The translations under genes were made by a program, and so were the position numbers. The notes beneath the pieces were generated by a model. The model did not search any database, was not told the DNA's origin, and saw nothing but the letters and a program-made list of their open reading frames with translations. A stretch of DNA of 64,000 bases. It comes from Candidatus Uhrbacteria bacterium (GTDB lineage: Bacteria > Patescibacteriota > Patescibacteriia > UBA9934 > GWF2-40-263). Location: contig JAPLZK010000002.1 of assembly GCA_026395055.1 (NCBI GenBank), positions 192,154-256,153 of the forward strand. Reading direction: 5' to 3'. Position 1 is the stretch's first letter; every line of letters starts with the position of its first letter. This document shows positions 33,703 to 44,600 of this stretch, one piece after another.

Positions 33703-35613
33703 ATGAAGCGTTTCTTTGACCCAAGAAACAAATCTTTTTCACACGTGACAGCCATACTTGGTATGCTGTTTCTTTGCGTTATTGGACTGTTCGTTGCGCA
33801 ACATGGTGTTCTTGCAGCAACACCATCACCGCTAGACGCTGTTGGAGCAGGGGCGGGTCTTCCACAAACAAGTTTGCCGATCTTGATTGCAAAAATTATC
33901 CGCGCCGTTCTTGGTGTGCTTGGAATCATTACAGTGATTCTTGTGATCTATGCGGGTTGGCTTTACATGAGTGCACAAGGTGATCCCACAAAGGTAGCAA
34001 AATCAAAAAAGATCATCACAAACGCCGTCATTGGTCTTGTCATTATTTTTTCTTCTTATTCCATTGCTTCGTGGATTCTCGGTAAGCTGCTTGATGCGGC
34101 GAATGGTCCGGGCACAATCGTAAGCATTGCCAAAAAATACTCAGAACCACTTGCGGGTTCACTTGGAGCGGGAATTATTGAAAGTCATTACCCAATGCGT
34201 GGCGCAACAGGTGTTCCTCGCAACACAAAAGTATTCGTCACGTTTAAAGAAGCCATTAAGCCACAAACCATCATTGATGGGTATGTATCACCCTGTACGT
34301 ATGTTGTGGCAAATCCACAAACACCCGCACTTTGTTCTACAAAATTAAAGACAGATGCGGTCGCCATGTTTGAAACAGCCAAAGGAGAAACAACCAAACT
34401 CGCAACAGACAAGGTGGTTGTAACGGTGAGTGATGATAAAAAGACCTTCGTCTTCAAACCTGTTTCGTATCTTGGAAATGCCGAAAAGGATACAAATTTT
34501 ACAGTCGCTTTGAAACCAAGTATTCAAAAAGCGGACGGAAGTGCTGCGTTTGCAGGAGTAAACTCGGCTGGATACGGATGGAACTTTACTGTATCAACCA
34601 CGGTTGATTTAACTCCACCAACCATTGTTTCCATCATCCCATCGGTTTCAGAACTTCAACCTCCAGGCGGAACGGTTGTAAATACGCTCAAGAAAAATAT
34701 TTCCGTTGAAATTACGTTCAATGAAGCCATGGATCCAATTGCTACAACGGGAACCTATCAAAAAAACGGAGGAGCAACAAAAAGTTTTCAACGCATTACA
34801 GTGGGTGATGGGAGCCCAGATCCTGTGAACGGATCGTATGATATTAGTAACTCGTATAAAACTGTTGGGTTTACAACAGTAGATGCGTGCGGAAAAGATC
34901 CGTGCGGCGGAACCATTTACTGTTTGCCAGGAGGAAAAACCATTACAGTGACAGCAAAAGCGGCCAGCATTGATGACAGTAATCCGCCACAAGGAATTTT
35001 AACGGGGGTGAATTATGATGGTGTTGTAGATGCTGCAGGAAATTCTCTAGACGGAAATGGAGACAATAAAGCGTGTGGAAGTTCAACAGATAAGGTCGCG
35101 TGTCCTGGTGCGCAAACAAATGACGACTATACATGGAATTTTCATACTTCAAATGACACAGATGATACAGTCCCAAAAATTCAATCGTTGGCACCGGATA
35201 TAAATGAGGGAAGTATTGATGTGTCGAACGATATCACCCTCACATTCAACACATTATTAAAAGCGTCAACCATTAGTTCCAGTAACATTACGCTCACTCC
35301 AGATCCAGCAACGTATATTATGTGGTTCAGTCCATCAAAGACAGACATACCAAATACACTTCCAACGGATATTGCTACTCAATCTGTCATTCACATTTCA
35401 CATCCACCATTTATTTCAAACGCAGAAGGCGGTTCTGGGTATTGGCCACGTGTCACGCAAGAAGTGAAAAGTGCGTATCAAATTTGTATGTTTCCATCTA
35501 TGGGGGACGTTACGAGTTCTGCAAAAGACTGTAATGGAGCAGATCCAGCCAAACCGTATTGTTGTAGCGGATCTCCGTCAGCTTCCGCGTGTGCCGTTCC
35601 ACTTCCAAAGTAA
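33703..35613 (+). CDS. Large surface protein (636 aa) with pilin-like N-terminal membrane module and Big/Ig-like domains
   Basis: N-terminus is signal/TM, then AATPSPLDAVGAG, then two hydrophobic helices separated by GDPTKVAKSKK. Downstream are Big-like signatures (PPTIVSIIPSVSE...ISVEITFNEAMDP) and a Cys-rich C-terminus. Confidence 0.8.
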   Translation: MKRFFDPRNKSFSHVTAILGMLFLCVIGLFVAQHGVLAATPSPLDAVGAGAGLPQTSLPILIAKIIRAVLGVLGIITVILVIYAGWLYMSAQGDPTKVAKSKKIITNAVIGLVIIFSSYSIASWILGKLLDAANGPGTIVSIAKKYSEPLAGSLGAGIIESHYPMRGATGVPRNTKVFVTFKEAIKPQTIIDGYVSPCTYVVANPQTPALCSTKLKTDAVAMFETAKGETTKLATDKVVVTVSDDKKTFVFKPVSYLGNAEKDTNFTVALKPSIQKADGSAAFAGVNSAGYGWNFTVSTTVDLTPPTIVSIIPSVSELQPPGGTVVNTLKKNISVEITFNEAMDPIATTGTYQKNGGATKSFQRITVGDGSPDPVNGSYDISNSYKTVGFTTVDACGKDPCGGTIYCLPGGKTITVTAKAASIDDSNPPQGILTGVNYDGVVDAAGNSLDGNGDNKACGSSTDKVACPGAQTNDDYTWNFHTSNDTDDTVPKIQSLAPDINEGSIDVSNDITLTFNTLLKASTISSSNITLTPDPATYIMWFSPSKTDIPNTLPTDIATQSVIHISHPPFISNAEGGSGYWPRVTQEVKSAYQICMFPSMGDVTSSAKDCNGADPAKPYCCSGSPSASACAVPLPK

Positions 35614-35622
35614 ATTTTTTAC

Positions 35623-38600
35623 ATGAACCTGTATAGATTGTTCAAATCGATTTCCATTCTAGCCGTCCTTGTTTGTACGGGAATCTTTTTTGTCCACCCA
35701 GTCTTTGCAGTAAGTCCCACAGACTCCAATGCATTTTCTTCCTTTGCGGCTAGTGCGGGGTTTGCAGCGGGCCCTTCGGTGATTGTGATCATTGCACGAT
35801 TGATTCGTACATTCATTTCATTTCTGGGAGTGATTGCGGTTATCATCGTCCTTTACGGTGGGTTCATGTACATGACCGCCGGAGGAAATGACGAACGCGT
35901 CAAAAAAGCAAAAAAGATCATTCTGAATGGAATTATTGGTCTTGTTATTGTTCTTTTGTCATTTACGATCGCTCAGTTCATTGTGGGTAAGTTGGTGGCA
36001 GCAACGTCAGAGGCAGATATTTCTGCCTACTGTTTACAAAATCCAACAGATCCAACGTGTAAAAAATCACCTCCGTTTCCACCAGCGGTTCCACCGTTCA
36101 CATTGAATCCACCAACCTCTCTTATTCAATGCGCGGCAGGGATTCGTAATTTGAAATTGGTATTTGTTTTTTCAAAATCTGTAAAAGATGAAAAGGGGAT
36201 TACCGTAAAACAAAATGGCGCAGATGTTCCAGGGACGTTTTCGTTCTCCGGATCTAAAATCATGTTTGTTCCAGACGCAAAATGTGATGCCCCTAATGAC
36301 ACGCTTCATTGTTTTGCAAAAGACTCCACGTTTCATGTAGAGGTTGATTCCACAAAAGTAAAATCCTCAAATGACATCGCACTCACCTGTAAAGTTGTTG
36401 GGGGAGTAAATCCTTGTTCGTTTAATTTTACAACAGGCTCTTCTGTGGACGTGAAACCTCCACAAGAAGTTTCGTTCGTAGATCCAAAAGACGGTGCAAA
36501 AGCCATTTTGGGTTTAAGTAAAGCGCTTCAAGTAAAGACCGTTGATGATTCAGGAGTCGCAAGTGTTGATTTTTTTGCGATTGATGGAAGTGTTCCGATC
36601 AATATATCTTCTACTCCTGTAAATCCAACGGTCGCGAATGGACTCACAACCGCGAACTTCAATGGTGTTTGGGTTCCGGTAGGTCTTGAAACAAACGCAC
36701 CCTATTCCGTTTGGGCAACGGCCACAGACTGTGCAGGGAACACAAAAACTTCTAGCAAAGTTTCTCTCATGTTACGTGCACCAAACTGTGATAACAGTGC
36801 GCAAGATGCCGCGGCTCCGTATGGTGAAACAGGAAGCTGTAAGCCTGGAGAAGCGTGTGATTGTGGTGGATCATCTACAAGTCCATTTTACTGCGGACTT
36901 TGTAAACCTTCTGCATGTACAAACAGTGCGGAATGTTCATCTGGATATTGTATTGCGGGAAAATGTCAGGATGTCGCCGTGATCCAATCGGTTTCTCCAG
37001 ATAACGGTGCAGTAAACAACTTAGTAACCATTACAGGTTCTGGATTCGGAACAGTGCCGGGTACAATTGATTTTCTTGGAACAGAAAAAGAGAATACAAC
37101 AAAGTCGGCCAATGCATATCAGTGTGGAGCAAGCGTTTCGTGGTCACCAAAAGAAATTGTTGTACAGATTCCAGCCGGATCCATCGATGGTCCGTTGAAA
37201 GTAAATATTCCTGCAGTTGGAGCAGATCCCGCACAGTCTGACAGAACAGATGATGCTGTAGGTCCTGCCATGTCTTTGTTTGATGTAAACGCGATTAAGC
37301 GTCCTGGTTTGTGTTCTGTTGCTCCTGTAGCCGCAGAAGTAAATACTCCTATTACCCTTACGGGATTATCGTTTGGATCCACACAAGGTTCTTCTTCTAT
37401 TTATCTTTCGAGTTTTGAAGCAAAAGCAACCAATTGGACTGGAACAGTTCTTGGTGCAACGGTTCCTGGAGTAGAAAGTGGTAAGTATGATGCACAAGTT
37501 TTTACCGGTGATTATTTCTGTTTGAATGCAAGTGGGGTAAAGGTAAACCCAGCTGTCACCTGTTTTTCTAATGATGATTGTACAAAAGTTGATCCTGCAT
37601 ACACGTGTGGAACGTCTTGGTGTTCAGAATCACTAAAGTTTTGTCAGAATAATAGTGCGTGTGGTGTAGGAGAAGGGAAATGTGTGGATGTGCGCGTTGG
37701 ATCAAACACAAAATCTTTCGTTGCCACCAATACACCTTCTGCCTCTAAGCCGGTTATTAAATCCATCGATCCTTCCAGAAAATTGTGTTATTGGTCTGCG
37801 GATCAACTTAAACCTTTGCAAACAAAGCAGGGGCTTTCAGACACAAACTTTAATAGTTTTGTAGATTCATTGAATGGAACAACGATGGGTATTGGATCCT
37901 TGTGTTCTGCAGATACAGATTGTTCAAAAAAGATTTCAGGCGATACGTACAACGGTGTCTGTAAAGAGTATCCAAACACAGGTGGTCCCGGTCAATACAT
38001 TACGATTTACGGGTTAGGGTTTGGAACAGCGAAAGGAACGGTAAAGTTTACAGATGCAAACGAGTATTACGCTCTCGGAGACGTTTCATTTCCAGATGCT
38101 TGTGGAAAAGATTATTGGCATGATGACCACATCATTGTAAAGGTTCCAAAAAGTTACAGCAGTCAAGCGGGGGATCTCACAAATACAAATTACAACGTAA
38201 CTGTATCGACCCAAGGAAATGTTGCTTCTGATCCGGTCGCGTTTCACGTTTATCCGCAGGTTGTTCCGGGACCAAGTATTTGTTCTATTGTTCCAAGTTC
38301 GGGGCCTATTGGAACATCTGTTTCACTCATTGGAGAAAATTTTGGGTTACCTGTAACAAACACGGGGTACAATCTTCAGGCTGTTTTTACAGATAATCAG
38401 CAATCAAAACCTGGAAGTTGGGCAAATACACTTGTTTCAAATATTTTAGTTCCGGCTACGGCAAAGTCTGGTCCGGTTCATCTTGAATTTGGTTCCAACT
38501 CTCTTAATTTTACGGTGGGAAACTGTAAAACAGATTCAAAAATTGTTTGTTCAGCTGGACAAACCTGTTGCGCAAACGGAACGTGCTCGCTGTCGTGTGA

Positions 38601-41600
38601 TGACACGCCAAAAATTTCACACTTTGCTTACAAAGTTTCCACAAGTCCTTTTCCGGTCGCGCCAACGGTGGTGGTGAACTGTTCTGATCCAAAATTTGCA
38701 AAACCTTCTCCATCTCCTTCTCCGCTTTGGAGTAAGCAAGACAATATTTGTGTTACGTCTGCTGTTACGGCTTCCTTTAGTGTTGCCATGGATCCAAATA
38801 CACTCACTGCAACAAACATCAAAATCCAGAAATGTACTTCAGAAGCAAATGGGGTCTGTGCCAATTCGGGATGGCAAGATGTTGTGGGAGCATTTCAGGT
38901 CCCAAGTGCGGTTGCATTTCAATGGGCACCAACACCTCCGGCTGTGCTTGATGCGAATACGTTATATCAGGTCACCATCAAGGGTGCATCCGCTCCAGGT
39001 GGTGGCGTAAAATCAAAGGGAAGTGGATTAACCCTGGGTGTATCCATGGCCCAAGATTTTTCTTGGCAATTCCGTACATCTGCTTCAAATAAAGATTGTG
39101 GCATCGGAAGTGTGGCTGTTTCACCAGCAAATTATCTTGCGACCAATGCGAGTGAAACCATTGGGTATTTATCTCAACTCCTTTCGAATCAAGATAGCTG
39201 TATTGTCTTGTCGTGTAATCCGTACAAGGTTCGTTGGAATTCTGATACATGGAATGCAACATTTGCGCCAAGTCATACACTCACCGTTCCAGATGCTGCG
39301 GCAGATCCAGCACTCGGCTCTTGTTCTGCCTCTGTTTTTCCAGACGCAAACACCATTCCAGGATTCCCAGCACATATTTCTTCTGTCGTTATCAATGATG
39401 GGAAAAACCCGCATGCAACCGGTACAGGAAATTTGAACATTGCTCTCACAAATCCAAAGGTAAGTGATTATTTTCCAAATTGTTCTTCTGCCTGTGGAAA
39501 TGCCATGCCGTGGGTTACGTTTAACGTTGCCATGAATCCTTGGTATTTCAGCAATGCAGGAGCGATTCGTATTTTCAAATGCCAAAATAGTTTATGTGAT
39601 CAAAGTCAGGAAACGTTTCAAAATATTATTTCAGGAATCACGTACGATGCCGCAACTTATAAAGCGAAAATTGGATTAAACACATCACTCACACAAAATA
39701 CGTGGTACCGCATTGTCGTTTCTGGAACAATCAAATCTGGAACGCAGGCACCTCTTTCCAATTCCGGATCCAATTTTGGTACGTCAGAAAATAAATTCTT
39801 CTCCGGAGATTTTTCTTGGAGATTTAAAACAAAAGATTCCGCCATCTCTTGTGTGGTAGACCGTGTTGGGGTTTCTCCAAAAACAGCAACGCTTAACTAT
39901 GTTGGACAACGACAAGAATACAGCGCCACAGCTTTTGGGGCGCCAGATGATTGTTCTGTGACAGGCCAAGCTCTTCAATCAACAGGATGGGGTACATGGG
40001 GAGCAACAGATACTCCAAACAAAATCGGAGCCGCTTCTTATGTTTTGGGGGTGGATCATAAATTGAATGAAATTACAACGTTCATGTTGAATGAAGGTTC
40101 GCTCGCGCTTGCTTCTACGCTTCCAAAAACATGTGCAGCAAATTGTTTGTTTACCGGAAATCCAATCAACGTTGGACAAGCGGTCTGTGGAAACTCGTCT
40201 ATAGAAAACGGTGAATCCTGTGATGATGGCAACACAACAGACGGAGATGGCTGCTCGAGCATCTGTCTTAAAGAAGGAACGGTTGCGCCAACATGTGGAA
40301 ACGGTGCGATGAATACAGGAGAACAGTGTGATGACGGAAATACAATAGACGGCGATGGTTGTTCTTCAAAATGTTTATTTGAAGGAGCAACATCTATCAA
40401 ATCTGTTTGTGGAGATGGTGTTTGGGATCACACGGATAAGAATGGCGGAGAAGCATGTGATGATGGAAATACGAAAAATGGCGACGGTTGTAATTCAAAT
40501 TGTTTGCTTGAAGGTGGGGTCGCTGCCTACTCAAGCGCACGTTGTGGCGATGGTTCCGTTGGTGTTGGAGAAACGTGTGATGACGGAAACACTGTGGACG
40601 GTGATGGTTGTTCCTCTATTTGTCTGAATGAAGGAACCGTAAAGGGAACAGATGCCACAAAAGCTCAGTGTGGAAATGGTGTTACAAACGTTGGAGAAGA
40701 TTCCGGATGTGATCTTGGCGTTGGATCTGTTGCTCCAGGCTGTTCCACAAAATGTTTGAAACTGGGTTCAAGTCCAAGTTATCCTTCGCCATCTATCTGT
40801 GGAAACGGAGGGGCTTTGGAAACAGGGGAACAATGTGAAGCTGCGGCAGGTGCATCTTATGTAGCGGGTCCTTACGGAGTTGCAGAAGTTTCTCCTGGTG
40901 CTTCAGTTGAGGTGGAAAAGGATATCACAAAAGCAACATTCGGTTATGCGATTTCAAATGTTTCTGCAACAGTAGGTGGAAAAACAGGAGTGGGTGAATT
41001 TAAGTTGCTTTGTTCTTGTGAGGCAGACAACCAGTGCGGAACAAAATCTGGAGATCCAACAAAGACGCTTGGTTGCGGTGCTTCAAAGTGCTGTTATGAA
41101 CGTCCGGCTATTACCGCATCCGCACCGGGGGATAATGCAACAGGCGTTTGTCGTAATACCGCGATCTCGTTTACGTTTGATCAAGAAATGGATGCGAATA
41201 GTTTTGGGTCCGTTGATTTGGATGGAGATGGAAAAATCTCTACCGCAGAGACAGATCCAAATTTGCAGCTCGAGTTGATTACCATGAAATCCGCATTGGG
41301 AGTTGATGAAAATGTAACAGCGGCAAATTGTCCGTATTATGCTCAACCGGTCGGATTCTTACATGCAAAGAATTTGCTTGTATCTGCTTGGAATTGGATT
41401 AAGGGCTTGTTTGGTCAACCCGCGATGGCAAACGCCACAACACAATGTTACGTTCCAACAACGTATGAACAAGATCCAGCAACGCACCAAGTGTATCTCA
41501 GATATACAGAGCGTTTGTTGCCACTCGCGAAATATAAATTAACCGTGAAAACAAAAAACGGAAATGCAAAAGGAATCTTGAGTAAAAATCAGGTCAGTAT

Positions 41601-44600
41601 TTGTCTCGGAGACAATGGAACGGCTTGTCAGTCTGTTTCACAAACAAATACGTTTACGACCGGATCGGATATTTGTTTGCTGGATGTTGCGCAGACAACA
41701 GATGAGGGAATCACACCAGCACCACCTTCATATCTTTCAACAAGTCCTGGGTATTATTCAAAAACAAACGAAACGCACAATTTTAGTGTGAAGCCTCTTT
41801 CGTATCGAAAAAATACAGGTTTGTTGGAAGAAATTACATCCATTCCGAATGTGTATTCCTGGACATGGAGTTGGGGGGCTCCTGTGAAAGATACGGGAAC
41901 AAATGTTGATATTTTGGGAACGATTGCAGTAAGCACAACAAGCAACTCGCAATATAAAGCGCTTGGAAAAAATGGTTCTGGCGATGTTATTGCAACAGCA
42001 ACCATTACATCAGATGCGGTAAGCAAGGTTTCTACAACCGGATCCGGAGTTTCCGGTCATGTCTCAGAAGTTGCCTTCTTGTGTGAAAACCCATGGCCAG
42101 ATTTGGCACACGGTGTTCCGTTTGTGGAAACGGGGGCTAACACAAACTTCTCTCTCTTTTATTGTCGCGACATTGGAAAACCCGGAGAAGGAAAAATGCT
42201 TCCTGTACTTGCGCTTCCTCCAACAGACGCAACACCAGATCAAAAGATTATTAACACAAACGTGTTGAAGGAGTTAGTGTTCCATGTTGAAGGAACGAAA
42301 GACTCTATTGGGGTGCGCGTGCTCTCGAATCCAAAATATTTGTCTCCATTGGCATGGTTTCAATCTCAAGGATTTACGGGAACGCCAAAAACAACAACAC
42401 TTGATGGGTACGAAGCTGTTCAGACAGGTACAACCATTTATGCGGCCGCGGCAAATAGAAATGGTTCAAATCTCTACTCAAACATTTACGTTGTTTCATT
42501 TAACTCAGATGCAGGAAAAGATGCACAAGATATTTTTGATCTCGTGCTCAAAAATTTCCACTTGAATGCGAATGACACAGGTGCTACGGGTGTTTCACAT
42601 GTTGGTTTGTGTATGAGTGGAAACGCCTATACGCCAATTGCAGGCCCATTCGTCGCGTGTTCATGGGACGGAGATTGTTTGAATCAATGTAAACCAGAAG
42701 GAAAATGTTCTGTAACAGGAACCGTCTGTGATCCTAAACTAGGAAATACAGAATGTGCCGCAGATCCAAATGCGTTCTGTGATGCGGATAAACAAAAATT
42801 GATTCGTGACACCAAGCGTTTGACGGATATGACAAGCATGGTCGCTACGTTTGAAAAATATGGATCTTCACACGGTCATTGTTCCGTTACAAAAAATCAA
42901 ACATGTTCCACGAATGCACAGTGTTCCGGAACAGAAACGTGTGTTCCAGGTTATCCAACGGTGCAATCCGGTACATTTATTCCATCCATGAGTAACAGTA
43001 TTTGGCCTTCATGGAACAGTACGCTCGGAAATGCGGTGGGTGGAGCACTTCCAACAGATCCGCTTAACCAATACTGGGCACAATGTAAAAACGTAGGAGC
43101 AGGTTATGACTCTGCAACGTGTTGGAACAGTACACAAGGAAAATTTGTGTGTCCGGATGGTTCGCATGTGTACGGATATCAAAACCAGGGCGGAGAAGAT
43201 TACACATTATCTACAGAACTTGAATACGGTGCAGTTGCTTGGGTGAATAAGATTGATCAATCCGCATCAGACCATGCAACCATTCAAGCGTCGTATGGCT
43301 TAAACAAATCGCCAGCTGGATTGTTAGATGGATTTACGATCGCTCCACAATATTGCAACGCAACCACGTTTGGAAGTTCAACCATTTGTGGAGATGGTGT
43401 GAAGGGGGTTGGAGAAGCGTGTGAAAAAGGAGAAGTTAAATCTATTGCGTGCGCGGCAGGCGCTGGGTTTATTAACGTGACATGTAAGAGTGATTGTTCG
43501 GATTTCCAAGATGAAGCTGCGGCAAAAGCTGCGGGAGCAACCTGTAAACCATTCGCTTGTGGAAATGGAGTAAAAGATCCAGGAGAAACGTGTGATGACG
43601 GTGCATTAAACGGTACGTACGGACACTGTGGGGCAAACTGTACCCTTGCAAACGCATTTTCTTGTGGTGACGGTTACCTTGCCGGAAACGAACAGTGTGA
43701 TTGTGGAACGCCAACAAACTTCTCAACGCTTGCCGGAGCAAGCTGGGCAAAATCGAATAATCACTGCGATACCTATAATGGTGGATATTCCGCGACCGGA
43801 AAAAACTGTACGGTTGACTGCAAGCTTCCAGGACCAATGTGTAGCGACGCGATTGTGAACGACTCTTCTGAAGTTTGCGATAAGAGTACAGAAACGTATG
43901 CGGGAGCATTGAATGCGGATGGAACAAAGTGTAACGCATCATCTGGATGTGCAGTTGCCGCGTGTACAAAATCTAAAATTTGTACAGCGGGAACAAATAT
44001 TGGATCGACCTGTACAACTGACCTAAATTGTCCGACAGATGCAGCGGATGTTTGCGCATCAGATACTTGTGTGGCAAAAAAATGTTCCGCAAGTGGGAAG
44101 GCATGCGGAACAAATGCAGACTGTGTGGGTAAATGTTCCGTTAGCGGAAAGCTTTGTGGAACGACAGCAGATTGTGCGGGGAAATGTTCTGCTGAGCTAT
44201 ACGATCTAACCAGAACGCGCACGTGTCAGAATTATGGCACTTCACCCGTCTCTCAAGCGTGCTCATGGATAACGAATGCAAATAGTGGATGGGGAGACTG
44301 TGCAGGTGGTCCACAACAATGTGGAAATGGGAAAAAGGAAGGAGCAGAAGAGTGTGATGATGGAAATAGTTCAGATAATGATTCTTGTACAAACGCTTGT
44401 AAGTTGAATGTTTGCGGTGACAACAAAGTAAACGTCGGAATCGAATCCTGTGATAGTGGTGGAGCAAACGGAACCGTTTGTAACGCAGCATACGGTGCAA
44501 GCTGTAACTTCTGTAATAAATTCTGTCAGTACAAAACACAATCTGGTCCGTATTGTGGAGATGGAGTGATAAATGGAAATGAGTATTGTGATGGAAATGA

